In this document: positions 1 to 12,100 of the stretch, piece after piece
Numbering within the stretch: the stretch's first letter is position 1
Layout of the letters: each line of letters starts with the position of its first letter
Assembly (NCBI GenBank): GCA_030390025.1
Contig: JASTWF010000035.1
Span: 62,001-126,000, forward strand
DNA from: Squalus acanthias
Taxonomy: Eukaryota
Length of the DNA stretch: 64,000 bases
Direction of reading: 5' to 3'
Notes under the pieces: generated by a model
Seen by the model: only the letters and a program-made list of their open reading frames with translations
The model's database searches: none
Told to the model about the DNA's origin: nothing
Translations under genes and position numbers: made by a program

Positions 1-850
1 CAATACTTTAGTTACTTTTTGTTGTCTTTTGAAGACTTCCCAATCTTCTATCCTCCCACTAACTTTGGCTACCTTATATGTCCTTGCTTTTAGTTGGATA
101 CTTTCTTTAATTTCTTTACTTCGCCATGGATGGCTGTCATTTCTTTTACACCCTTTTTTCCTCAGTGGAATATATTTATTTTGAAAGTTGTAAAATAACT
201 CCTTGAATGTACACCACTGCTCATGTACCGTCTTACCCTTTAATCTATTTTCCCAGTCCGCTTTCATCAATTCTGCTCTCATGCCATCATAGTCTCCTTT
301 ATTCAAGCTCAGTATGCTTGTTTGAGAACCAACCTTCTCACCCTCTAATTGGATATGGAATTCAACCATGTTATGGTCACTCATTCCAAGGGGATCCTTA
401 ACTAGGACATTATTAATTAATCCAGACTCATTACACAGTACCAGGTCCAAGGTTGCTTGCCCCCTTGTAGGATCAGTTACATACTGCTCAAGAAATCCAT
501 CCCTAAGACACTCAATAAACTCTTCCGCAAGGCTGCCCTGCCCAATTTGATTTGTCCAGTTAATATGATAGTTAAAATCCCCCATAATTATAGCTGTTCC
601 CTTATTACATGCCCCAACTATTTCCTGATTAATACTTCTTCCAACAGAGTTGCAACTATTAGGAGACCTATATACTACGCCCACCAGTGTTTTTTTCCCC
701 TTATTATTCCTTATCTCTACCCAAACTGTTTCATTATCCTAATCTTTTGACCCAATATCATTTCTCTGTATTACAGTGATTCCTTCCTTTATTAACATAG
801 CCACCCCCACCTCCCCTTCCCCTTCCTTCCTGCCTGTCCTTCCTGATTGT
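1..850 (-). mobile_element. Degenerate CR1 LINE fragment (endonuclease region of ORF2)
   Basis: Minus-strand translation contains RKDRQ..G.GGG/VAMLIKEGI motifs like those of the APE domain of the intact CR1 ORF2s in this window; frameshifted. Confidence 0.8.
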
Positions 851-1374
851 CCTGAGGTGTGCGTACTTGCCTTCCTCTGGTGGGTTCTGCAGCGTTGTCC
901 AAACCTTGGAAACTGTGGCGCTGCTGAGTAATGTGACGAGATAGTCGTACTTCGTCCCATCTGTGGTGATATTTCGCAGCCGGAAGCGAGATTCAGCTTG
1001 GAGAAACCAGGCTTCGGGCTGGTTTTCCCAAAACTCCGGCAGTTTCACGGAAACTGCGTTCGTGTCCGCCATTGCAGTGCTCGGAATACGTTCTGAGCGT
1101 CGGGGTCACCAATGTTGAGGCTGCCGCGAAACACGAATGGAGGCTGAATCCATATGTGGAAAACAAGAAACTTTTATTCACTGCATGGCACACAAAATGG
1201 CTGAGAAAGCTGCTCCCAGAATTCTCTGGAAAAACTCCCAGAATTCTCTGGGTAAAACCTGAGGCCCCGCCCCCTTCTGCCTTAAAGGTAAAGTGCCTTA
1301 AAGGGGAAGGTGCTGGAAATTTGTCCACAGACGGAAGAGTGGATTATGCCCGTTTTAGGTGGCGATCCGCCACA
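851..1374 (-). mobile_element. 5' end of a Gypsy/Ty3 LTR retrotransposon: 262-bp LTR (1113-1374), tRNA-Trp PBS, gag N-terminus (ORF start 1072) truncated by CR1
   Basis: LTR reads TGTGG...TCAACA on minus. + strand 1098-1111 CGTCGGGGTCACCA equals the 3' end of tRNA-Trp. ORF MADTNAVSVKLPEFWENQPEAWFLQAESRF is a typical Gypsy gag N-terminus (DUF7041-like). Confidence 0.85.
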
Positions 1375-1728
1375 ATTTAAACATTTTTAACAATCTATTC
1401 TCAGTACCAGAACAGGTTGGAAAACATTCTACTGATAATCTCTGCAATAATTTCTGGAATGCACTGCCTGACAGGGCGGTGGAAGCAGATTCAATAGTTG
1501 TAATCTATGTGGGTCCAACAAATGACGGGCAGAGACACGATGAGTGGCAGTCAAGGTGCTTGTTTACTCGGCCAGAGCGGACTGAGCATGCTCACACTAA
1601 ACCACGTGACAAATCATGTGACAATATATCACACTGTTAATACCAGGATTGCAGAGCCTTCCTGATCTCCTTACAGAAGGTTTTGGCATTTTCCGAGTCT
1701 CTCATTATAACTATCTCCGTTCATCACA

Positions 1729-4700
1729 GATCCCACTCTGGCCCTGTTCCCAGTCTGATCCTGGACTTTCAGTCCCACTCCCGCACTGTTCCCAGTATGA
1801 TCCTGGACTCTCAGTCCCACTCCCGCCCTGTTCCCAGTCTGATCCAGGACTCGGTCCCACTCCCGCTCTGTTCCCAGTCTGATCCTGGACTCTCAGTTCC
1901 ACTCCGCCCTGTTCCCAGTCTGATCCTGGACTCTCAGTCCCACTCCCGCTCTGTTCCCAGTCTGATCCTGGACTCTCATTCCCACTCCGTCCTGTTCCCA
2001 GTCTGATCCTGGATTCTCAGTCCCACTCCGCCCTGTTCCCAGTCTGATCCAGGACTCGGTCCCACTCCGCCCTGTTCCCAGTCTGATCCTGGACTCTCAG
2101 TCCCACTCCCGCCCTGTTCACAGTCTGATCCTGGACTCTCAGTCCCACTCCCGCCCTGTTCCCAGTCTGATCCTGGACTCTCAGTCCCACTCACACTCTG
2201 TTCCCAGTCTGATCCTGGACTCTCAGTCCCACTCCCGCCCTGTTCCCAGTCTGATCCTGGACTCTCAGTCCCACTCCCGTCCTGTTCCCAGTCTGATCCT
2301 GGACTCTCAGTCCCACTCCCGCCCTGTTCCCAGTCTGATCCTGGACTCTCAGTCCCACTCCCGTCCTGTTCCCAGTCTGATCCTGGACTCTCAGTCCCAC
2401 TCCCGCCCTGTTCCCAATCTGATCCTGGACTCTCAGTCCCACTCCCGCCCTGTTCCCAGTCTGATCCTGGACTCTCAGTCCCACTCCGCCCTGTTCCCAG
2501 TCTGATCCTGGACTCTCAGTCCCACTCCCGTCCTGTTCCCAGTCTAATCCTGGACTCTCAGTCCCACTCCCATCCTGTTCCCAGTCTGATCCTGGACTCT
2601 CAGTCCCACTCCCGCCCTGTTCCCAGTCTGATCCTGGACTCGGTCCCACTCACACCCTGTTCCCAGTCTGATCCTGGACTCTCAGTCCCACTCCGCCCTG
2701 TTCCCAGTCTGATCCTGGACTCGGTCCCACTCACACCCTGTTCCCAGTCTGATCCTGGACTCTCAGTCCCACTCCCGCCCTGTTCCCAGTCTGATCCTGG
2801 ACTCTCAGTCCCACTCCCGCCCTGTTCCCAGTCTGATCCTGGACTCTCAGTCCCACTCCCGCCCTGTTCCCAGTCTGATCCTGGACTGTCAGTCCCACTC
2901 CGCCCTGTTCCCAGTCTGATCCTGGACTCTCAGTCCCACTCCCGCCCTGTTCCCAGTCTGATCCTGGACTCTCAGTCCCACTCCCGCCCTGTTCCCAGTC
3001 TGATCCTGCACTCTCAGTCCCACTCCCGCCCTGTTCCCAGTCTGATCCTGGACTCTCAGTCCCACTCACACCCGGTTCCCAGTCTGATCCTGGACTCTCA
3101 GTCCCACTCCCGCCCTGTTCCCAGTCTGATCCAGGACTCTCAGTCCCACTCCCACCCTGTTCCCAGTCTGATCCTGGACTCTCAGTCCCACTCCCGCCCT
3201 GTTCCCAGTCTGATCCTGGACTCTCAGTCCCACTCCCGCCCTGTTCCCAGTCTGATCCTGGACTCTCAGTCCCACTCCCGCCCTGTTCCCAGTCTGATCC
3301 TGGACTCTCAGTCCCACTCCCGCCCTGTTCCCAGTCTGATCCTGGACTCTCAGTCCCACTCCGCCCTGTTCCCAGTCTGATCCTGGACTCGGTCCCACTC
3401 CCGTCCTGTTCCCAGTCTGATCCTGGACTCTCAGTCCCACTCCCGCCCAGTTCCCAGTCTGATCCTGGACTCTCAGTCCCACTCCCGCTCTGTTCCCAGT
3501 CTGATCCTGGACTCTCAGTCCCACTCCCGCCCTGTTCCCAGTCTGATCCTGGACTCTCAGTCCCACTCCGCCCTGTTCCCAGTCTGATCCTGGACTCTCA
3601 GTCCCACTCCGCCCTGTTCCCAGTCTGATCCTGGACTCGGTCCCACTCCCGTCCTGTTCCCAGTCTGATCCTGGACTCTCAGTCCCACTCCCGCCCTGTT
3701 CCCAGTCTGATCCTGGACTCTCAGTCCCACTCCCGCCCTGTTCCCAGTCTGATCCTGGACTCTCAGTCCACTCCCGCCCTGTTCCCAGTCTGATCCTGGA
3801 CTCTCAGTCCCACTCCCGTCCTGTTCCCAGTCTGATCCTGGACTCTCAGTCCCACTCCCGCCCTGTTCCCAGTCTGATCCTGGACTCTCAGTCCCACTCC
3901 GCTCTGTTCCCAGTCTGATCCTGGACTCTCAGTCCCACTCCCGCCCTGTTCCCAGTCTGATCCAGGACTCTCAGTCCCACTCCCGCCCTGTTCCCAGTCT
4001 GATCCTGGACTCTCAGTCCCACTCCCGCCCTGTTCCCAGTCTGATCCTGGACTCTCAGTCCCACTCCCGCCCTGTTCCCAGTCTGATCCTGGACTCTCAG
4101 TCCCACTCCCGCCCTGTTCCCAGTCTGATCCTGGACTCTCAGTCCCACTCCGCCCTGTTCCCAGTCTGATCCTGGACTCTCAGTCCCACTTCGCCCTGTT
4201 CCCAGTCTGATCCTGGACTCTCAGTCCCACTCCCGCCCTGTTCCCAGTCTGATCCTGGACTCTCAGTCCCACTCCCGCCCTGTTCCCAGTCTGATCCTGG
4301 ACTCTCAGTCCCACTCCCGCTCTGTTCCCAGTCTGATCCTGGACTCTCAGTCCCACTCACACCTTGTTCCCAGTCTGATCCTGGACTCTCAGTCCCACTC
4401 CCGCCCTGTTCCCAGTCTGATCCTGGACTCTCAGTCCCACTCCCGCCCTGTTCCCAGTCTGATCCTGGACTCTCAGTCCCACTCCGCCCTGTTCCCAGTC
4501 TGATCCTGGACTCGGTCCCACTCCCGCCCTGTTCCCAGTCTGATCCTGGACTCTCAGTCCCACTCCCGCCCTGTTCCCAGTCTGATCCTGGACTCTCAGT
4601 CCCACTCCCGCCCTGTTCCCAGTCTGATCCTGGACTCTCAGTCCCACTCCCGCTCTGTTCCCAGTCTGATCCTGGACTCTCAGTCCCACTCCGCCCTGTT

Positions 4701-5335
4701 CCCAGTCTGATCCTGGACTCTCAGTCCCACTCCGCCCTGTTCCCAGTCTGATCCTGGACTCTCAGTCCCACTCCGCCCTGTTCCCAGTCTGATCCTGGAC
4801 TCTCAGTCCCACTCCCGCCCTGTTCCCAGTCTGATCCTGGACTCTCAGTCCCACTCCCGCCCTGTTCCCAGTCTGATCCTGGACTCTCAGTCCCACTCAT
4901 ACCCTGTTCCCAGTCTGATCCTGGACTCTCAGTCCCACTCCCGCCCTGTTCCCAGTCTGATCCTGGACTCTCAGTCCCATTCCCGCCCTGTTCCCAGTCT
5001 GATCCAGGACTCGGTCCTACTCCCGCCCTGTTCCCAGTCTGATCCTGGACTCTCAGTCCCACTCCGCCCTGTTCCCAGTCTGATCCAGGACTCTCAGTCC
5101 CACTCCCGCCCTGTTCCCAGTCTGATCCTGGACTCTCAGTCCCACTCCCGCCCTGTTCCCAGTCTGATCCTGGACTCTCAGTCCCATTCCCGCCCTGTTC
5201 CCAGTCTGATCCAGGACTCGGTCCTACTCCCGCCCTGTTCCCAGTCTGATCCTGGACTCTCAGTCCCACTCCGCCCTGTTCCCAGTCTGATCCTGGACTC
5301 TCAGTCCCACTCCGCCCTGTTCCCAGTCTGATCCC
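1729..5335. repeat. Minisatellite, 42-bp unit (CTGTTCCCAGTCTGATCCTGGACTCTCAGTCCCACTCCCGCC), ~85 copies
   Basis: Directly visible; 14-aa periodicity in the ORF track. Confidence 0.97.
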
Positions 5336-7425
5336 AGCGAAAATGTGAAGTTATCCACTTTGGTAGGAAGAATAAGAAAGCAAAATATTATTTAAATGGA
5401 GAGAGACTACAGAATGCTGCGGTACAGAGGGATCTGGGTGTCCTCGTACATGAAATACACAAAGTTAGCATGCAGGTACAGCAAGTAATTAGGAAGGCAA
5501 ATGGAATGTTGGCCTTTATTGCAAGGGGGATGGAGTATAAAAGTAGGGAAGTCTTGCTACAACTGTACAGGGCGTTGGTTAGACCACACCTGGAGTACTG
5601 CGTACAGTTTTGGACTCCTTATTTAAGGAGGGATATACTTGGAGGCAGTTCAGAGAAGGTTCACGAGGTTGATTCCGGAGATGAAAGGGTTGTCTTATGA
5701 GGAAAGGTTGAGCAGGTTGGGCCTGTACTCATTGGAATTTAGAAGAATGAGAGGTGATCTTATTGAAACATATAAGAATCTGAGGGGCCTCGACAAGGTA
5801 GATGCTGAGAGGATGTTTCCCCTCGAGGAGGAATCTAGAACTAGGGGGCATAGTTTCAGAATAAGGGATCGCCCATTTAAAATGGAAATGAAGAGGAATT
5901 TCTTCTCTCAGTGGGTCGTGAATCTTTGGAATTCTCTTCCCCAGAGAGCTGTGGAGGCGGAGTCATTGAATATATTCAAGGCTATAGGGGGTGGTAGTGG
6001 GGTCAGCCTTCAACTCTGACTCTGAGTGGTTCGAATCGCTCCCACGCCCCTGGTTCCTAGACTTTGGACTTATTCAGGGGTTGTGAATAAAGATGCAGTT
6101 GACAACAGGTTCTAATGAAAGAATTTTGACTTTATTAAAAGAAAACGGTAACAAACTTTAAACACACTTAATACTTAAACACAGGTTGGGGAACACACGG
6201 TACAGCCGAGGGAGAAGGACAATATACAAAAAAAACCTTATCCCTCCCAAAAATCCCACTATCTAGCTAGGTTTTGGTTTCAGGAGATCAGGGATAATGC
6301 TCACCAAACGAATCCTTGACAGTTGAGAGTTAGGGTTTAGAGTCTTTTGAGTAAAAAGTTTCATAAGGCCCTTGTTGCCGCGAGGTGTCCGATGGTCACT
6401 GAGGCAGTCGCTCTGGTTTCTTCTTGTGTGTTGGTCTGTTTGTGAAGTTGTTGGCCTTCTTTCCTCCTCCTCCTCGTGGCTTGTGGTGTCTTTGCTGGAG
6501 CAGAGCTGAGAGAGAGCTGTGCGAGTGTTGAGAGCATTGTCAGAGAGTCCAGAGAGAGAGAGTCTTGGGGTGTAGGCCCCCAATTATACTTGTTCAGCCC
6601 CTTTGTCCTTTTCGCGCCCAAAACCCCTTACTAAATCGGTTTCCTTTAGATTTCAAATGAGCCCCGTTTATTCCATTGTCTTAGTTTTGGTGGGCTTGTT
6701 AGTTTCGATGGCTTTAACTTGGTGTTAAACATGTCCTGATAGCTTCCGATTTCGGCAAGGCCTTTATCTGCGCGCCAAATCTTGTCCCTATTGTCCTAGG
6801 TTTTTGGCGGGCTTTTAAATCTGTCCTGTGGATACCTGGTTGATTGGTTTTTGGTGAAGTAAATCGGGGTACTAAATGTTTTATTGATTTCAGGCTTCTG
6901 GTATCCTGTTTGGGCCTGGGAATTTCAAAAGAGGTCTTGGATTATACATATTTCGATGTGTGTGTGTGGCTTTTGGGTTTGTCTCTTCCTCCTTGGTGGG
7001 AAGGCAGTGTAAACAAATTCCCCATACAGCTTGATTGGGCCCCAATACCCAAACCTGGCCACTGCCTGGCCACGCCCCTCCGCAGCCTGTCTGTGTCTGT
7101 GAAAGGTGTCTTTCCCAACAGTAAGATTCAAAAAGTCATTTTCCTCAGGGCTTTTCTTCCCTGATCTTTAAAAATGTCCAAAACTGAGGTTTTTACCTCA
7201 AATCACTTCACTTAGGGTTCTGTTCGAGTTTCTGGGGGATTTTGCAAAGCCTACAAGGCGGAGATAAATAGATTTTTGAAAAACAGGGGTGTCAAGGGTT
7301 ATGGGGAATGGGCAGAAAAGTGGAGTTGAGGCCAAAATCGGATCAGCCATGATCTTATTGAATGACGGAGCAGGCTCGAGGGGCCGAATGGCCGACTCCT
7401 GCTCCTATTTCTTATGCTCTTATGA
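5336..7425 (+). mobile_element. CR1 LINE 3' fragment interrupted by a solo LTR (5983-7255)
   Basis: RT C-terminal motifs (RPHLEYCVQFW, VVNLWNSLP); sequence resumes in register at 7256 through the 3' UTR and (CTTATG)-type tail. Confidence 0.9.
5983..7255 (-). mobile_element. Solo LTR 1 (1273 bp), 4-bp TSD AGGC
   Basis: Termini TATAGG (eroded TGTAGG)...CCTACA; AGGC at 5979-5982 and 7256-7259; AATAAA on minus near 6131; shares blocks with the other LTRs. Confidence 0.85.
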
Positions 7426-7495
7426 ATCGAAGGGACTTTGTGCTGGGTAATTGCTCTGGTTCTGGATTAACGCAGCCGAGTGTCTTCTCTCTCAG

Positions 7496-7585
7496 GTTTG
7501 AAGCCGGCAATCACCTCTGAGGGTTTGGAACTGACCTTTGCCACCAACCACCTGGGCCCATTCCTCCTGACAAGCCTGCTGCTGG
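7496..7585 (+). CDS. Internal exon of short-chain dehydrogenase (RDH11/12/DHRS13-like), paralogue A
   Basis: ctctctcag acceptor, gtgag donor; 90 nt, phase 1-1; translates GLKPAITSEGLELTFATNHLGPFLLTSLLL (NHLG.FLLT motif). Confidence 0.93.
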
Positions 7586-8873
7586 GTGAGTGATTCTCTC
7601 CGCATTGATGATAATACAGGTCAATAAGGCCATAAAAAGCAAACCAAGCATTGGGTTCATTTCTAGAGGGATAGAAATGGAAAGCAGAGAAGTTATGCTG
7701 AACTTGTATAGAACCTTGGTTAGGTCACACTTGGAGCACTGTGCACAGTTCTGGTCACCGTATTATAAAGAATATAGAGGCACTGGAGAAGGTGCAAAAA
7801 AGATTGACAAGAATTAGACCAGAACTGAGAGATTATAGCTATCAGGAAAGATTGAACAGGCTGGGGCTCTTTTCTCGAGATTATGAACGGGTTTGATAGG
7901 GTAGATATAGAGAAGATGTTTCCACTTGCGGGAGAGACCAGAACTAGGGCCCATCAATATATTTTTTTATTCGTTTATGGGATGTGGACGTCACTGGCAA
8001 GGCCAGCATTTATTGCCCATCCCTAATTGCCCTTGAGAAGGTGGTGGTGAGCCGCCTTCTTGAACCACTGCAGTCCGTGTGGTGAAGGTACTCCCACAGT
8101 GCTGTTAGGGAGGGAATTCCAGGATTTTGACCCAGCGACGATGAAGGATCGGCGATGTACTTCTCAGTCAGGATGGTGTGTGACTTGTAGAGGAACTTGG
8201 AGGTGGTGGTGTTCCCATGCGCCTGCTGCCCTTGTCCTTCTAGGTGGAAGAGGTCACGGGTTTGGGAGGTGCTGCCGAAGGAGCCTTAGCGAGTTGCTGC
8301 AGTGCATCTTGTAGATGGTACACACTGCAGCCATGGTACGCCGGTGGTGGAGGGAGTGAATGTTTAAGGCGGTGGATGGGGTGCCAATCAAGCAGGCTGC
8401 TTTGTCCTGGATGGTGTCGCGCTTCTTGAGTGTTGTTGGAGCTGCACTCATCCAGGCAAGTGGAGAGTATTCCATCACACTCCTTACTTGTGCCTTGTAG
8501 ATGGTGGAAAGGCTTTGGGGAGTCAGGAGGTGAGACACTCGCTGCAGAATACCCAGCCTCTGACCTGCTCTTGTTGCCACAGTATTTATGTGGCTGGTCC
8601 AGTTAAGTTTCTGGTCAATGGTAACCCCCAGGATGTTGATGGTGGGGGATTCGGCGATGGAAATGACATTGAGGGCTGGATTTTGTCAATGGGGACGTGA
8701 TGGAGGCGGGACTCCCACTTTTTGGGTTGTAGTCCCACCTCCATTGATTTGTGGCCAACCCACACTACTAATGTCTCTTAATGTCTCTTTATCTCCCCTT
8801 TTGTTCCTTTATCCCCTCCCCCTTTTCCCAGCTTTATCCTGGCCTTAAATCTATTTGATTTCCGGCTCTTTCC

Positions 8874-8910
8874 AGTTCTGACGAAAGGTCATTGACCTGA
8901 AACGTTAACT
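8874..8910 (+). ncRNA. Minimal hammerhead ribozyme motif in a Penelope-like pseudo-LTR fragment
   Basis: AGTT-CTGACGA-AAGGTCATTGACCT-GAAAC-GTT-AACT: core CUGANGA/GAAA, stems I and II, palindromic stem III. Confidence 0.7.
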
Positions 8911-9119
8911 CTCTTTCTCTCTCCACGGATGTTGTCTGGCCTGCTGAGTTTTTCCAGCGTTTTCTGTTGTTATTTGCACACTACTTTCCCTTGATTGACC
9001 TTGTTAAGCCCGCCCAGCGGGCTCAGCAGGCCAATTAAGGGACACCTGGATACTGGTGATGTCAGCGATTGACATTTCATCTGTCAAACACTGACAATCT
9101 GTCTTCTAACTTGAGTCTG

Positions 9120-12100
9120 AGCTCAGAGCGGCGGCGGGACTCAAAAGAGGCGGCAGAGACCAGGTAGGCCTCAGAGCGGCGGCGGACCTGCGGGGAACGA
9201 GGCGGTGGCGGGGAGACTCAGGTGGGCCTCAGAGCGGCGGCAGACCTGCGGGGAACGAGGCGGCGGCGGCGAGACTCAGGTAGGCCTCAGAGCGGCGGCG
9301 GACCTGCGGGGAACGAGGCGGCGGTGGCGAGACTCAGGTAGGCCTCACCAATCTCCGAGCTCAGAGGGAGGGAGAGAAGTAAAAAGTAATCAAAGTGTGA
9401 CGTCACCAGAAAGCAGGTAAGTGATTGGTTGGTGAGTATTTCTCTCTTTTTAAACTTAAACTCTGTGGTTTATAGTTTCTAAGCTCTCTGTGGTTTAGCG
9501 GGGACTGTTGGTAAACCAGGGCCCTTAAGTATATCATTTAACTGTAGTGTAATTGGTGGGATTGATTTGATTTAATTTAATTTGAATTAATTAAAGGGTA
9601 AGTCGTGGCAGGAGAGCTCGGCCCCGTGGTATGCTCCTCCTGCGCTATGTGGGAACTCAGGGACACTTCCTGTGCCCCTGACAACCATGTGTGCAGGAAG
9701 TGTATCTAGCTACAGCTACTGGCAGACCGCACTGCGGCGCTGGAGCTGCGATTGGATACATACTGGAGCATTCACGATGCTGAGGACGTCGTGAATATCA
9801 TGTTTGAGCCGTTGGTCACACCGCAGGCAAAGGATGCACAGGCAGAAAGGGAATGGGTGACCAACAGACAGAGTAGTAGGCGCAGGCAGGTAGTGCAGGA
9901 GTCCCCTGTGGACATCCCCCTCTCAAACAGATATACCACTTTGAATACTGTTGGGGGGGATGGCTTATCAGAGGAAGGCAGCAGCAGCCAACTTCCTGGC
10001 ACCAGGGGTGGCTCTGCTGCACAGGACGGGAGGAAAAAGAGGGGTAGAGCTATAGTGATAGGGGATTCTATTGTAAGGGGAATAGATAGGCGTTTCTGCG
10101 GCCGCAAACGAGACTCCAGGCTGGTGTGTTGCCTCCCTGGTGCAAGGGTCAAGGATGTCTCAGAGCGGCTGCAGAACATTTTGGAAGGGGAGGGTGAACA
10201 GCCAGTTGTCATGGTGCATATAGGTAAAAAAGGGGATGAGGTCCTAAAAGCTGAATATAGGGAGTTAGGAGGCAAATTAAAAAATAGGACCTCAAAGGTA
10301 GTAATCTCCGGATTGCTACCAGTGCCACGTGCTAGTCAGAGTAGAAATAGAAGGATATTTCAGATGAATACGTGGCTAGAGGAATGGTGCAAGGGGGAGG
10401 GATTCAAATTCCTGGGATATTGGAACCGGTTCTAGGGGAGGTGGGACCAGTACAAACTGGACGGTCTGCACCTGGGGGGAGTGTTTGCTAGTGCTCTGGG
10501 GGAGGGTTTAAACTAAAGTGGCAGGGGGTTGGGAACCTGAGCAGGGAGACAGAGGAAAGGGAAACAAGGATAAAAGCAAAAGATAGGAAGAAGAAAAACA
10601 AAAGTGGCAGTCAGAGAAATCAACGGTTTAAATCAAACATGGCCACAGTAAATAATGGCCCAAAAATTAGTGCCTCTACGCGAGAGTACGCACTGTGTAC
10701 TCTCGCGTATTCTGTCTCCAATTGCCGGTTTTCTGCATGCACTGCGCATGCGCTGAAAACCGGCACTTGGTGATTTCAAAAGGGGGCGGTTCCTAAGTGA
10801 ACCGTGTGCGCGCTACAGGCTGCGCGCACGCAGTGCACTTAGTGCTTTGAACGCGCAGGTAAGCATGGAAGATTTTGCACATAAAGAAAGGAGGCGTAAG
10901 ACCCTCTTTTAACAAGGTAAGTAGTTAATTAAGTATTATTTTGGATTTTTTTCAAAAGGTATATCTTTTTTAGAGACTTTAAAGAAAGGTAAGTTTATTT
11001 TTATAAATTTTTAAAAGATTTTAAATTTTTTCAAAAATTTAATTTTTTGTTTAAAGTGGTTAATTTATTTAACTATACTTATTTTATTAATGTGATGGTT
11101 TTTTTAAATTTAATTGAGGTTTAGCTGTTCTTTTGGGGGGGTATAGATTCATAGCTTTCACAGCACTTATGTGAAAACTATGAATGGAAGATGGTGTGCT
11201 GCCATTGGCTCTAACGGAATCACGTGATCCCACAGCTCGCACGAATTAACTGCGCCTGTGGGATACGCAAGCACTGCCCAGCTGCTGTCTAGAAAATCAA
11301 GTTCGTGCGAGCTGGGAATGAAAAAGCCGGCGCGCAGTGAGATATCGCGGGGAAGCCTTACCCCCGCACGAAAGCTCCCTCACTAATTTTTGGGCCAATA
11401 ATTCTAATAGGTCTAAGAGCATTAAAAAAACAAGCCTGAAGGCTTTGTGTCTTAATGCGAGGAGCATTCATAATAAGGTGGATGAAGTAGCTGCGCAAAT
11501 AGAGGTAAACGAATATGATTTGATTGGGATTACGGAAACATGGCTCCAGGGTGGCCAAGGCTGGGAATTCAACATCCAGGGTTATTCAATATTCAGTAAA
11601 GATAGGCAAAAAGGAAAGGGAGGTGGCATAGCATTGCTGGTTAAAGAGGGGATTAACACAATTGTAAGGAAGGATATTAGCTCTGATGCTGCAGAATCTG
11701 TATGGGTAGAACTGAGAAATACCAAGGGGCAGAAAATGTTAGTGGGAGTGGTATATAGACCGCCAAACAGTAATGCGGAGGTTGGGGATGGCATTAAAAG
11801 GGGAATTAGAGAAGCGTGCAATAATGGCACAGCAGTCATCATGGGTGACTTTGATCTACATATAGATTGGGCTAACCAAATTAGTAACAATACTGTGGAG
11901 GAGGAATTCCTGGAGTGTTTACGGGATGGTTTCCTGGACCAATATGTCGAGGAACCAACCAGAGAGCAGGCCATCTTAGACTGGGTATTATGTAATGAGA
12001 AAGGATTAATTAGCAATCTTGTTGTGCGAGGCCCCTTGGGTCGGAGCGATCATAATATGATAGAATTCTTCATTAAGATGGAGAGTGAAGTAGTTGACTC

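Noticed and set aside
1729..5335. CRISPR-like array or repetitive protein ORFs
   Set aside because: Head-to-tail 42-bp units with no unique spacers, no cas genes, and a vertebrate context.
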